This document shows positions 11,831-24,552 of a DNA stretch of 64,000 bases, piece by piece; position 1 is the stretch's first letter, and each line of letters starts with the position of its first letter. The notes below the pieces were generated by a model. It was not told where the DNA came from. It did not search any database and was given only the letters and a program-made list of their open reading frames with translations. The DNA lies in the NCBI GenBank assembly GCA_028534125.1, contig CM052816.1:91204001-91268000 (forward strand), written 5' to 3'. A program made the position numbers and the translations under genes. This DNA is from Lama glama. Taxonomy: Eukaryota.

Positions 11831-14800
11831 AAACAAAGTTGAGTTGCATCTTCATAACCCTCTAAGAAACAATTTATGAGAACTTTTTTCCAATGGTGCA
11901 TAATATGTCTTCCCTTTTACAATATGCCGTTTGGTCATACAGGATAAATTAATCTTTGTCAGCATAATTTTTGTGGATGTAGATTTCTTTTTAAAGGTAT
12001 TGAAGAAAAAAAATCTTTCAAGTTTGATGTCATCTCCTCCCAGGCCAAGCCAACAGCGGCCATGCTACTCCTCCCGGGTGAGATGGACTGAGTTCAATGA
12101 ATACTCTCAGAAACAAATGTCCAAAAACAAACAAACGCTCTTCCCCTTTATTTCACTCTCTTGCTCGCTCCATCTCACTGCTCCCTTTCCCTGCCCCTCC
12201 TCTTCCACTGGCTTTGATGGATCTTGGATTTCAGAGCAGCCACTGTGGGGTCCCAGACGTCTGGCTCCCTGAAGACCCCACACCCTGCTAGACTGCACAC
12301 TCATCACAGGATGCGCTGAGGCTAGACATCCAACACCAACATCAAGTCTTATTTTATGTCCACGAGACACACAATGCTCATCGTCTAAATGAAAACCTCT
12401 TGGACTGGGAACAAGGGGAAGCAGGGAAAGTAAATACAGGGCGGTCACTCTCTGCTCTTAGTTATATTTCTGTTTCTACCAGACGATGCCCACAGCTGTT
12501 TCTCCCTGTCTTTCTCTCCCTCTCTCTCCACTGTCTTTAAGCTCCATTTCAGATTACAAAGATAGCAATTAGTTGGCAGCACAAAAGAATAAGGAGAAAG
12601 GGGTGGGGTGGGGTGGAGAGAGGAGTGATGAAGATGGAAAGTGGCAAGAAGGAAAAAAAGTTAAAGCATATCCACCAGGTTAAACTTTCTGACATTAAGG
12701 GAAAGGCCTGACCTCTGCCAGACGCAATCAAAGAGCAAGGGAGTAAGGGGAGAATCTCCTTTCAGAAAATTCACTGCTGAGCAGTCAAACCACAATTTCA
12801 GTATTCCACATAATTTGCAGTTTCTCTTCTGGTTTTGAACAAGTGCTACCAATGACTTAGGTTCATTATTATGAGAGTAACCAGTGGCAACTTATTCTTC
12901 CATTCTAACCATTGATTTTCACCAAACACTGGGTAGAGATTTCTCAAACCTTCATTCAGAGGAGCAGCTGGTTTGCATTGGGGGAAAAGAATTACTCCTA
13001 TTCCTGAACCTTGATATGAAAATGAAAACTATTGAGAACCAACAGGCCATAAAACCATCTAATTCAAACCTTTCCTTTGCAGACAAAGAAATGAGACACA
13101 GAGACTCTGAGTACTCAGGTCTTTGACAGAAGAACCCCGAATAGAGACCTCTCTCCTGAGTCATGTTAAGAGCAGGGAGGAGAGAATCAAAGAGGAAGAG
13201 AGGATGATTAGATTGGGGAAGCTTGTGTTAATAATTCATTCTGTACTTGTGTTGTTCAGAATTTGAGAATGCTTTTTGATCAATTATTCATGGCGGAAGA
13301 AGGTACGGAAAACATCCAATGCCACGGTACATCCGATCTGACCTTTTGGAGAAGAACCATTTCCTGGTCCAACGCAGTGTAATGAAATTAGTCCGCCAAG
13401 GGGCTTTGAATAACTGTATGGAGCACCTTGCATAGACATCCTGAAATACCCCCAATGATAAGCACAGCATCCCCCTCCAGGGACTGTAATGAATCCACTT
13501 GCATAAGAAGCCTGAAGAAATGTCTGTTTTTTGAAGTTAGGCAATGACTGCTCTCTGACAGGTCCACTGGGTGCATGTGATACACCCAGTTTCTGCAAAT
13601 CATAAAGGCAAGAGGATGTGCCTCAGAGGGCGAGAGGGACATTAACACAAACAGGATAGGAAACCCTGAATGATGATGACCTGTGCTGTTCCAACACCTC
13701 CTTCACTTCTATGTCATTAGTAGGTGTTTCCAAAAGACTTGATGAACGTAGGGTGAGTTAATGAATTAATGAATGAAAGCCAGTGACCACCTTCAGGATA
13801 CAAAAGATAAATCATCTGGCATATAAAGCAAGATTATCTGAAAGGCTACACACACATTTCACCTTCTTTTTGTTCTAAGGCCTTTAATCTTGGAAGATTG
13901 TGGACTGTTTTGGGGACTAAAAAAGGTCAACCTCAAGTTCTATCAGGTTCTAAAATTGTGTCTGTAGCCCCTCTGCTGCTTGGGTGAGGTTAGGGGTTTA
14001 TCACAGGGCTATGCGTTAGGAACATGGATAAAAATCTTGGAAATAAGTCGTAAGTCTTTCAAAAAAAAATAGAAATTTTTATAAAAGAGTGAAAATGATT
14101 TAACTCGGATAGCCGGTTGGGTCATAATGTCTAAAAACGGATGTGAGTACTTTTTCTTTCTGACTTTTTTGAAATTTCCCCTTTTAGGCTGCCCTGAAGA
14201 ATTCCAGAAGAGCATTTGTAGATTTCTGCTTAAGGAGATGCTCAAGGTTTTGGAATGAAGAAAATGGAACAAAATCTTAGGGCTGAGTGAATTATATACA
14301 ATATATACTTAGAAATGAAAAAACGTCTATATGTAATAATGTCACCAAGCCAGCAGAGTTTCTTTAAAATGGAAAATACGCAGCAGGGTGGCAGTGCCAT
14401 TCCTGAAGCTGAGCTACAGTTGTGTTTTGTCGGTCTGCACAACAAATGGAAGGAGTAATTCACCTGGTTTGCTTTGGCCGGTGTGCCCACCCAGCCCCCG
14501 ACTTCACCCCCATCCTCCTCACTCATTTCCCCAACCAAATCAATGAATTTATGAATACGGAGCTGGAATTCAGCCAGGAATATCTGAAAGTGCCGTCTCA
14601 CGTTGCCTGAATCTGTAACGAGGAAACTATTCAGACGATGGATCCTCCTTAGGGCAGAACATTAAATTGATCCTTTGGCAAGGCATGCCTCGTGCAACTT
14701 AACACGGCAATTCCCATCAACGCCGATGTGATTAGCAACCGGAAGTAAGGCTTACCTAGTTCTCAGAACTGGACAATGGGTTCTGTATGCGTTTTTGCAT

Positions 14801-15184
14801 AGTTCTTGTGTCTAACGTGTGTGTCTCTTGACACACTTAAACCTACCCCACCAGAAATGACACCAGTGAAAGTGGTTAATCAAGCATGCCACGTGCTTGA
14901 TGAAACTCATCCCTTATGAGACTCCACGAGCGCTTAATTTTCAAGTAAAATATTCTCTAGACTGACGTTTATTTTCTGGTTTTTCTTAGCTAAGTGGAAT
15001 CCTCTTAGCAGAAAGGTTTACTGCATTCCCTCCTGTGATACGACTGTCTTTTAATGGTTTAAACTTGCGGGGGTGGGGGGGGAGTATTTTAAATGACTGC
15101 TTTCTTATTACGAACCTAAAACATAGGTAAGTTTTCCCTCCTGGGGATAGCGTTTTTTGCCTTCATTTTTCCATTCTTATACTC

Positions 15185-15505
15185 ATCTGCTCATTCATTC
15201 AGTGTTTATTTAGTGCCTGCTTTGTGCCAGCTCCCGTGTTCTAGGCACTGTGTGTTCACTGGTATCCAAAACAGGCACAGTCCCAGGTAAAGATAAAGAA
15301 AAATAAGCGAGTAGTTCAGTAGGTGAGACAGACGTTGGGTAAGAGTGCCGCTTTAGACTGCGTTGTCAGGGAGAGACATCTCTGGAGACATGATACGCGA
15401 ACAGAGACTAGAATAAAGTAAGAAACGAGAACTAGATTTCTAAAGGGAGAAGGCTGGAGGTCAACAGAAAATATGCAAAAACCTTGAAGAGAGACATGGT
15501 GGCTC
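15185..15505 (-). mobile_element. L2 fragment
   Basis: cattcattcagtgtttatttagtgcctgctttgtgccag...gtcagggagagacatctctggag. Confidence 0.7.
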
Positions 15506-15599
15506 TTTCTATATAAAATGTGTGTGGTCTCCTTTTTACCTCCTGAGAATGTCTTCTTTTAAAAATAACTGTCAGAGTTGTTGGCCAGTGGAATTCAAT

Positions 15600-16200
15600 T
15601 ACTTCCTGATTTAGAATAATTTTTTTTGTTGCCAGGTGCTCCAGCAATTTTAAACCCTTTCTTATATGACAGCAATTTCCCCTAACCTACTGTATCATAA
15701 CCATCAGCATACAAGCGTGCTATTTCTCCATTCCTAGAAAAAATAAAAAACCTTCTCTTGAACCCATTTCACCTTCCAGCTATTGCCCTATTTCTCTCCT
15801 TCTCTTACAGCAAAATTTCTCAGGAGTGCTGTCTGTGCGCTCCAGCTCTAATTCCCGCCCTCCGATTGAATGGATTTAGGCCATGTTTTCATCCCTCTAA
15901 AGGCACCAGAACTACTCCTACCAAGGTCATTACTGACACCCACACTGCCCAGTCCAGTGGTCCTTTTCCAGTAGTTATCTAACTTGACCTTCAGCATTTC
16001 ACAAGCTGACTTCTCTCTCCCCTTGAAACACTTCCTTCACTTGACTTCCAGGACACCCCAGGTCACCCCTGGTTCCTCCTCAGGCTCCTTTTCCAATTCT
16101 TCTGAACTCTCATCTTCAAATATTGACGTTCTCTTAGGCTCATCTCAATGTGTACAAGTCCTCCTTTGCTCTCCGGGCTTTGTGGCTACTGCGAGGCACA
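15600..16200 (+). mobile_element. L2 ORF2-region fragment
   Basis: Pyrimidine-rich L2 motifs (ccaaggtcattactgacacccacactgcccagtccagtgg, ccttgaaacacttccttcacttgacttccagg). Confidence 0.7.
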
Positions 16201-16229
16201 GCACAAGTCTAGGGGGGTCATTATGTGAT

Positions 16230-16465
16230 TAGTGCTGTGATTAAGGAGGCTCTGGGTCAAATAGCCCAGATTTGGATTGAGATCACCCTCCCCGCCCCTG
16301 CCCACCCACATTCACACATGCACACTTCCTCGCTGTTTGTTTATTCTAAGTAGGTTGAAAGTACTATTAGGAGATACTTCATAGGGATGTTTTTAAAATT
16401 AAAAGGAATAACTTAGATAAAGTGGTTAGTGCATAGTAAGAACTTGATGAACATTAGCTATTATA
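16230..16465 (+). mobile_element. MIR SINE
   Basis: gtgattaaggaggctctgggtcaaatagcccag...catagtaagaacttgatgaacattagctattat. Confidence 0.6.
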
Positions 16466-18083
16466 AATATGGCTGAAACGGGTTTCCCAACCTATTGGAG
16501 CCTCAAGTAAGATCTGGTAAACCCTATATTTTGCCCACTGCTGTATGCTACAATAATGAAACGATTGCAACACAAATCTTTTATTGGAATTAACAAACGG
16601 ATGAGCGCTGTTATTGGTAAGGGAGTAGAGGTGATTAAATGTTATAAGTGAATTGCCAATTATACTGAAAAGCCCAAATGCAAAGATGGACTCACATGAA
16701 TGCTACAAAAGGCTGTTCTCCTGACCTGAAAGGGCCTCTGTCAGAGTCCTCACTGCTGTTCCCTGGACTGCAGCCGGAGGAACTCAGGTTTCCCACGTGG
16801 CCATTTCCTCTGGCCTCTGGTACCTGTTTACGATAGATCTAGCTAGAAGAACACGTTCCAAAGAATACTTTGTCAAAGTGTAGTTCTGAGGTGTGTTACT
16901 GGGACTTCTGTAGCCAAATCTAAGTTTGGAAAATTCTGGATTAAAACTGCGTTTAAATGGCAGGACTTCTCAAAGCCTCTTCCATTTTCACGTGCGTGAT
17001 GACTCTTTGTGAAGAAGCCTAACCCTTTCTGACTGTGGAAGGCTTCATCCTTCTTAAGAGAAGTGTCTTTGTGTTATGCTTCTCAGAATACTTTCTGGAA
17101 AAATCCTGGTGTAGGGACTGCCATGATTTTCATTCTGCCTGTTTTGCTTTACCAGTTTATCTTTGGGGCTTAGCCGAGCACATGACACATAATAGATGTC
17201 TAATAAATATTTGTTAAAGGAATGAAATGTGAGCAATGTTTTCCAATCTTTAAAGCCATACATCAAGCAATATATGATTCATGAATATTCATGATATGAT
17301 CACTGTTCTTGGATAGCCGCTGGTATGAGCAATTTCTTAGGTGCCAGACCTAAGCTAATTATTATAAAATGATCCTTGAAGCAATGTTTAAAGGCAGGAA
17401 AAGGAGGCTTTAATATTCAATTTGTGTTTTAAAACAAACTTCCTGGAACTTATGCATGAATATTACCACTTTAAAAGTGTGGCTTTGAAAAAAATGGACC
17501 ATTTATCCTCAGAGAAGGTTTGGATTGCATGGCTCTGAGCCACATGATTCATTCATTCATTAGGCAACTTTGCACCTTATCTATGCCGGGCACTGTTCCA
17601 GGCATTGGTGATCCAGGGGTGAACAAAGCAGAGGAGGTCTGTGTTTTCTAGTAGAGGAAAGGCGAGAGCATGAATTAAAAAAATCTAAAAGTGAATTAAT
17701 TGCAGCCTGAGATAAATACTGTTAAGACAACAACAAAGAAATGAAGGGAAAGAGAAACAGGGGGCAGGAAACCATGCAGGTAGCAGAGAGAACACAAGGA
17801 CAAGGACAGGGCCCAAGCAGGATGTGCCGTCAGAGATGCCGCAGAAGTCTGAGCACCACGACTCCAGTCTGCAGAGCTTGGAGGGCCAAGGAGTGACAGG
17901 CCTGGAGTGGAGCACGCTGGGACTGCCACCTGGAGTTGGGCGCAGCTGAGCCGAGGTGGGGATATGAGCAGGAGCAGAGCTCCCAGCAGAGATAAAGGAT
18001 GTGCGAAAAAGGGACGGAGCTTTACAGAGGAACCAAAGGCGGCCGCTGTGGATTAGCCCCTAGAGCATTTATCTCTTCAGGAC

Positions 18084-18586
18084 TGTGAAGCCTTGTTAGC
18101 TCAAAAGTCTGTGCCAAACTCATTTTTTTTCACATCCAATTGTTTTAAAAATAACCCAGATAAGCCATTTTTTTTTCCATTTAGAGCTTTCCTTGTTTGC
18201 ATGCCACATGAAACTGCTTGGCGTCTTCTAGACATACACAAGATGAACTCTGGGGCTACAAAGACCTCAGGTCAGTGCTGCTGTCGTTTGGGGCCCTCTG
18301 ACCCAGAGTCCCTGCTGGGCTGCTGAGTGACGTCACTTAGATGTGCAAGTTCCCTCTCTGATCCACTGTCCCCTGTGCTCCCTTGCCCTCCTCCTCTTCT
18401 GGGTGGTGGTCCCTCTGCTGTAGCCTTTGGACAGTTTCATGCCGTGAGGAACTCCCCACGAGTAAACTTGTCAAAGCGGTACCCAAATAAACCTTGTGTG
18501 TGCGACTGCCACCTTGTGGTCATAGTTTTCTCTTTGATGAGCTTGGATATCCTTCCCATTCTCTATGGATGGGGAAGCCAGTCACA
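18084..18586 (+). mobile_element. ERVL solo LTR (MER74/MER73/MER54 group)
   Basis: ~500 bp TG...CA; motifs gctgctgagtgacgtcacttag, ccaaataaaccttgtgtgtg, tgccaccttgtggtcata. Confidence 0.65.
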
Positions 18587-19854
18587 GCAGCTCTGGTCCA
18601 AGAGTAGGAGGAGACGTCTCTCCCCTGGGACCACAGAGTCAAGGCAGACAGAGAGACCTTGAACCAGAGAAATAAAAGGGCTTGTTTAGGCTCACACAGT
18701 GTATTTGTAAAAAGGCTGGAGAATTTCTATTTCTGAAAATCATTTTCCACTTCAAATTCTTTGGGTAAACTTGGTAGTTATATAAAAAGCTACAACTCGG
18801 GATCTTCAGCTCCCTGATCTTGTGTAATAAATCTTCCTACATGATTGAATGCTTTAATTTTTACCATAGGTGGAAACGGTAGTCACTTTTCCTGTTAACA
18901 GCCTCAAACAAGCAAATGCGAAATATGTGAATATAGCTGCATGCAACTGTCCACTTATTGTAAACTTTGGGCCATTCTTGTGTTTTGTATGATATAACCA
19001 TTCACACTTCTAACCTAATGGCCTGAGAATAGTGAACACTTCTGGGAGCAAGAGGTAAACTTGCTACAGACAGCATTCCAAATGCAACTTCAACAAAACC
19101 GATTTTTCTGGACAGTGTCTTTGAGAAAGAGTTGACTAGTAAGCCAACAAGAAACACAGCTTGCCCCAGTTATAAACGGGACCCCCATTAGAGCCTCATA
19201 AATCCACTTTAGCTGTTTTGAGAGTTTCAGTTGTATAGAATAATACAAAGACAGATGGAGGACAGGGGCAGAGTGAAATACTCTTAGAACAGAGGAGAAG
19301 TATGAAAGTCAGGCAATGAACTATGCGGCCAGTTGCCCCTGTATTTATCCTTCATCTTACTGAGTGCAGGACTGGCTGCTGAATTTTCTGAGTTCAGTCT
19401 TTGGTTAAATGCCATAATTCTGAACAATGGCACTGCATCCCGGCAAACCTTGAAGGCCTTCTATATAACCCAATAGTGACAGAAGACTAGAGCTAAACAA
19501 GGAGCAGATTGCAGGAATCTTCCAGAAAAAGAAGCACTTGCTTGAGTACTCCTAGGTTGCGGATTGCTGCAAAGGTGTATAATGATTCTTTTTGTAAGAC
19601 TCAGTGTTATTAAGGTGCCTACTAGTATCTCCTTATGCCAGGTGACACCTGAATAGCAGGATTCAGTAAAAGCATTCAGCTAAAGCCACTGATGCTCCTT
19701 AGCAGCCTCCAAGACAGAGTTCTCCTCTGTGCAGAAAGCAGCGTTCAGAATCTATGTAATCTGTGCCCAGCTGTATGTCTCTGCAGCTCTCGTATTTGTA
19801 ACTCATGCTTATTACTTAACTTTTGCTCTTCCACAGGGGGCGTGGGGACTCATC

Positions 19855-20020
19855 AGATTCAGAGAGACTTAGGTTAAAATCCTGGCTTCATTCACTTACC
19901 CAGCTGGGTGATCTGGAGAAATGTATTTAATCTTTCTGAGTCTCAGTTTCCTCATCTGCAAAGTGTAGGTGGTAAAGGCTGTTTGAGGGGAATCTCGTAA
20001 GGATCGCACGTGTTCATTGC
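19855..20020 (+). mobile_element. MIR SINE
   Basis: aaaatcctggcttcattcacttacccagctgggtgatctgg...ctcagtttcctcatctgcaaagtg. Confidence 0.8.
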
Positions 20021-20223
20021 TGCATCTTTCCCATCTCCCCCCGGGCCCCATGGCTGCTTGAACAACAGTCTGACCAGATACGGTTCTTTCCTTTCTTTCG
20101 GGGTCAGCCTCCATGTAAGAGTACTCCACTCCCCATCCACTCTCTATGACCCCATTTATTCCTCAACTTGTTCCAGTGCATCTGCTAACCTTATTCTCTC
20201 AAAACTGTTTTTGCCAAGGTTAT

Positions 20224-20634
20224 TGCTATGGACTAAATGTTTGCATACCCCAAAATTCATATATTGAAGTCAACCCCCAATCTGATGGTATTAGGAGGTG
20301 GGGCCTCAGGAGGTAATTAGGATTGGATGAGGTCACGAGGATGGAGCTCCTGTGACGGTCTTAGTGCCTTTATAAGAACAGAAGGCTAGCTCTCTCTCTC
20401 TCTTTCTCTCTTTTCTCTTTCCTTCTCTGTCTCTCCCTCCCTCCCTCTGTGCCTACCGTGTAAGGATACAGCATCTGCAAACCTGGAAGAAAGTGTTTGC
20501 CAAGAACCTGACCATGCTGGTACCCTGATCTTGAACTCCAGCTTGCTGTCAAGGACGATGAGAAATAAACATTTGCTGTTTAAGCCACCTAGACTGTGAT
20601 AGGTTTGTTAGAGCAGCCGGGACAAACTCGGTCA
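20224..20634 (+). mobile_element. MaLR solo LTR (MLT1A-like), inserted in an L2
   Basis: tgctatggactaaatgtttg...aaattcatatattgaa...gagaaataaacatttgctgtttaagccacc; L2-like sequence on both sides. Confidence 0.85.
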
Positions 20635-21799
20635 GTTGGAGTTGACTTCATTTTCCAATTCAGTGATCTGTTCTGGGCTTCATTCTACATGTCTTTAGAT
20701 AACTCCCGAAAATCTCCCTGACATACCATCCAAAATTTCACTGTCCGAGTTTTACGTCACTCTCCGATCACTCCTTTTCCTTCCCTTCCTCCTTAAACTG
20801 GTGATGGCTTCCACTATCGTTTGCTCTTTTCCTTGTTCTGTTCTGCTCACCAGGTGATACTATTTTCTGTCATAACTTCTGCTGTTACCTCTCTGCTCAT
20901 GATTCTAGATCTATATTTACCACCATAGCTACTAACCCCCACTTACATTTCCAACTGAAGATATTTGTCATTGCTCCCTGAATATCCTTCAAGCATCTTA
21001 TATCTACCAATACGAGTTGAATTTATTATTGCCCCGAATCTACCAAAAGAATATATTAAATAGATGGAACAAAATAAAAGCACACAAATAAATCTACCTC
21101 TTGATATCTTCCTCTGGGTGTACCTCTCCCGTGTCCCAGGCTGGAAATTTATGAGACAGCTTTGGCTCCTATGTTTTCCCATCTTCCAGATACAACAACC
21201 AGCCACTCACCAAAGCCTGATTGTCCTCAAATGTGTCTCTGCCTACTCATAAAATATGTTAAGTAGCATATTTTATATAATCTAAAAAGTTATTAATTAT
21301 GAGACATAACACTAAGACAGATAGAAACCCAAGATTCAAGTTTATCAAGGTAATAGATACCCCTGTCACTCAACCTCCCCAAATAAATCTGGGACCCAAA
21401 AGATACACACACACCATACAGAAAGGAACAGAAAGACACTTTTATTCTTAACTTAGTGCTGGGTGGAGGAAGGAAAAAATTCTCCCTTGAGAATTTCAAG
21501 TACACAAGTTGTTACCTCTGTATAGGTGTGCCATCTAAAGTCACAGCTCCCAAGCGGTCCAACACTCCTAAAGAAGAGAATTTAATTTAATTTAACTAAA
21601 AAGCTGGCAGAATCAATTCCAAATCCTCTCTGAAGAATTCAGCCTCTTTACTCCAAACTGTCAGCAACTGTAGGACACAATCAATTTTAAGCTGCAGCCA
21701 GGTCGTGAAAAAAGAGTGCGTCATGGAACAGATGAAATTGTTTACTATGACTATATACTTACGAGTTTTTTTTCTTAAGGAAATGAGATCATATTCTGT

Positions 21800-22095
21800 A
21801 TGCTTTTCTAAACGGTTTAGGGTATGAGTTTTAGGGTCAGAAAAACCCATGTTTAAACCACAGCCTTCCTGCTCACTGGCTCTGTAAGTACTTAACCTAA
21901 GTACTAAACTTGAGTAAGTAACTTAACATAAACATCTAACTTAAGTCAGAAAGTACTCACACAAGGTGCTTAACCACCTGTAGGCTCAGTTTCCTCATAT
22001 GAAATTAGATAAAAATAACATGTACACCCAGAGGCTGGTTACAGGGGTTAAAATGAGGTAAGTGTGACAACTAGTACATTGTAGATATTCATTAA
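21800..22095 (+). mobile_element. MIR SINE with an internal tandem expansion
   Basis: MIR 5' part and core ggctcagtttcctcat separated by repeated aagtacttaac-like units. Confidence 0.7.
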
Positions 22096-22096
22096 A

Positions 22097-22866
22097 AAAA
22101 TCATCAAAAAGTCTACAAATAATAAATGCTGGGGAGGGTGTGGAGAAAAGGGAACCCTCCTGCACTGTTGGTGGGAATGTCAATTGGTGCAACCGCTATG
22201 GAAAACAGCATGAAAGTTCCTTAAAAAACTAAAAATAGACTTAATCCATAACCCAGTAATCCCTCTCCTGGGCATATATCTAGAGAAAATTCTAACTAGA
22301 AAAGATACATGCACCCCAATGTACATAGCAGCACTATTTACAATAGCCAAGCCATGGAAGCAACCTAAACATCCATCAACAGATGACTGGATAGAGAAGA
22401 TGTAGTGTATATATATACATACACACAATGGAACATTACTCAGCCATAAAAAATGAAATATCGCCTTTGCAGCAACATGTATGGACCTAGAGATTATCAC
22501 GCTGAGTGAAGTAAGTCAGAGAAAGACAAATATTATATGATGTCACCTGTATGTGTAATCTAAAAATAATACAAATGAATTTATTTACAAAATAGAGACT
22601 CATAGACACAGAAAACAAATTTATGGTTACCAAAGGAGAAAGTGAACAGAGGGATAAATTAGGCATATGGAATTAACAGATACACACTACTATGTATAAA
22701 ACAGGTAAACAACAAGGATTTACCATAAAGTACAGTGAAATATATGCAACATCTTGTAATAATATATAATGAAAAAAATTGAAAAAACATATATATGACT
22801 GAATCACTTTGCTATATACCTGAAGCTAACATAATATTGTAAGTCATCTATACTTCAACAAAAAAA
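22097..22866 (+). mobile_element. L1 3' end (ORF2 C-terminus remnant plus 3' UTR), 5'-truncated
   Basis: ggtgtggagaaaagggaaccctcctgcactgttggtgggaatg, tatttacaatagccaag, 3' end tatacttcaacaaaaaaa. Confidence 0.92.
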
Positions 22867-23107
22867 TTCTCATTATTCTAATTTCTCACTGGGCAATGAG
22901 TCCCAAGCATTTTTCCATTACAATAAGTGCAGATGGACACTTTCATATTTGAGAGATGCCTTATAAACTGTGAGGGATAATAGGATGCTCTCTTGTTCAA
23001 CATTTAGATTTTTTCTAAATTTTCTATGTGTAATCAAAGCCAGCACAGATATCTTTGTACACATAGTTTGACATTTCTAAGAGAAATTCCTAGAAGAATG
23101 TTGCTCA

Positions 23108-24060
23108 CTTAAAAAAAAAAGACTTTATTTCTTTAGAATAGTTTTAGGTTCACAGCAAAATTGAAAAGAAGGGGCAAGAGCTTTCCCACACACCCTCTGC
23201 CATCCCATCACACATGCATAGCTTCCCCATCATGAACATCTCCCACCAAAGTGGTACATTTGATACAACTGATGAACCTATGTTGACACACCATGATCAT
23301 CCAGAGTCCAGAGTTTACATTAAAGTTCACCCTGCTGTTGTGCATTCTATGGGTTTGGGCAAATGTATAATGACATGTATTATATATTATAATACATTAT
23401 AGTATTATAGTACACATAATTATTATTATAGTATAATTATGATATATTATATTATATTATAATTATGTTATATTATAATTATTATATATTATAGTATAAT
23501 TATGATATATTATAGTATAATTATGATATATTATAGTATCAAACAGAGTAGTTTCATTGCCCTAAAAATCCTCTGTGCTCCACCTGTTCTTCCATCTCTC
23601 CCTTTTCAGACTGGCTTCTTCACTTAATCATATGTATTTAAGTTTCCTCCACATCTTTTCCTAGCCTGATAGCTCATTTCTTTTTAGCACTGGATAATAC
23701 TCCATTGTCTGGATGTACCACAGTTTAATTATCCATTCACCTACTGAAGGACATTTTTGTCACTTCCAAGTCTGGGAAATTATGAATGAAGCTTCTATAA
23801 ACATCTATGTGCAGGTTTTTGTGTGGACAAAAGCTGTCAGCTCTCTTGGGGAAACACACAAGTGCATGGTTGCTAGATCATATGGTAAGAGTATGTATAG
23901 TTTTGCAAGAAATCATCAAACTGTCTTCCAAAGTGGCCATATAGTTTTACTTTCCCACCAGTTCTGTTGCTCCACATCCTTGTCAACATTTGGTGTTGTC
24001 AGTGTTCTGGGTTTTGGCCATTTTAATAGGTGTGTAGTGAGTGACATCTTGTTGTTTTAA
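23108..24060 (-). mobile_element. Old L1 3' end (L1MC/L1MB-like)
   Basis: gttttaggttcacagcaaaattga, ccagagtccagagtttacatt, ggatgtaccacagtttaattatccattcacctactgaagg. Confidence 0.88.
23380..23540. repeat. AT-rich minisatellite, ~21-bp unit tatagtataattatgatatat
   Basis: About 2.5 exact copies at 23490-23539 plus degenerate copies upstream. Confidence 0.85.
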
Positions 24061-24120
24061 CTGCTTACCTTTTAAATACTGTATTTAAAATGATCTTTGA
24101 AGGCAGATATTTGCCTGCTC

Positions 24121-24552
24121 TTTTTTTTAAAATCAAAGTACAGTCAGTTACAATGTGTCAGTTTCTGGTGTACAGCACAATGTCCCAGTCATGTGTATAC
24201 ATACATATATTCGTTTTCATATTCTTTTTCATTAAAGGTTACTACAAGATATTGAACATAGTTCCCTGTGCTATACGAAAGAAACTTAAAAAAATCTATT
24301 TTTATATATAGTGGCTAACATTTGTAAATCTCAAACTCCCAAATTATCCCCTCCCACCTCCTTACCATGATAACCATAAGATTGTTTACTAAGTCTGCTA
24401 GTCTGTTTCTGTTTTGTAGATGAGTTCAGTGTCCTTTCTTTTTTTTTTTTAAATTCCACATATGAGTGATATCATATGGTATTTTTCTTTCTCTTTCTGG
24501 CTTACTTCACTTAAAATGACGATCTCCAGGTCCATCTATGTTGCTGCAAATG
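24121..24552 (-). mobile_element. Younger lineage-specific L1 3' end
   Basis: aagtacagtcagttacaatgtgtcagtttctggtgtacagcaca...tctggcttacttcacttaaaatgac with a T-run at the left end. Confidence 0.88.

Noticed and set aside
17279..17294. 16-bp palindrome tcatgaatattcatga (similar 19-bp one at 53490-53508)
   Set aside because: AT-rich and about what chance gives in 64 kb; no supporting context
21995..22500. ORFs resembling database hypothetical proteins (also 46552-47094 and 54856-55560)
   Set aside because: Antisense or out-of-frame translations of L1 3' sequence
23380..23540. CRISPR-like repeat array
   Set aside because: Tandem units without unique spacers, in mammalian DNA
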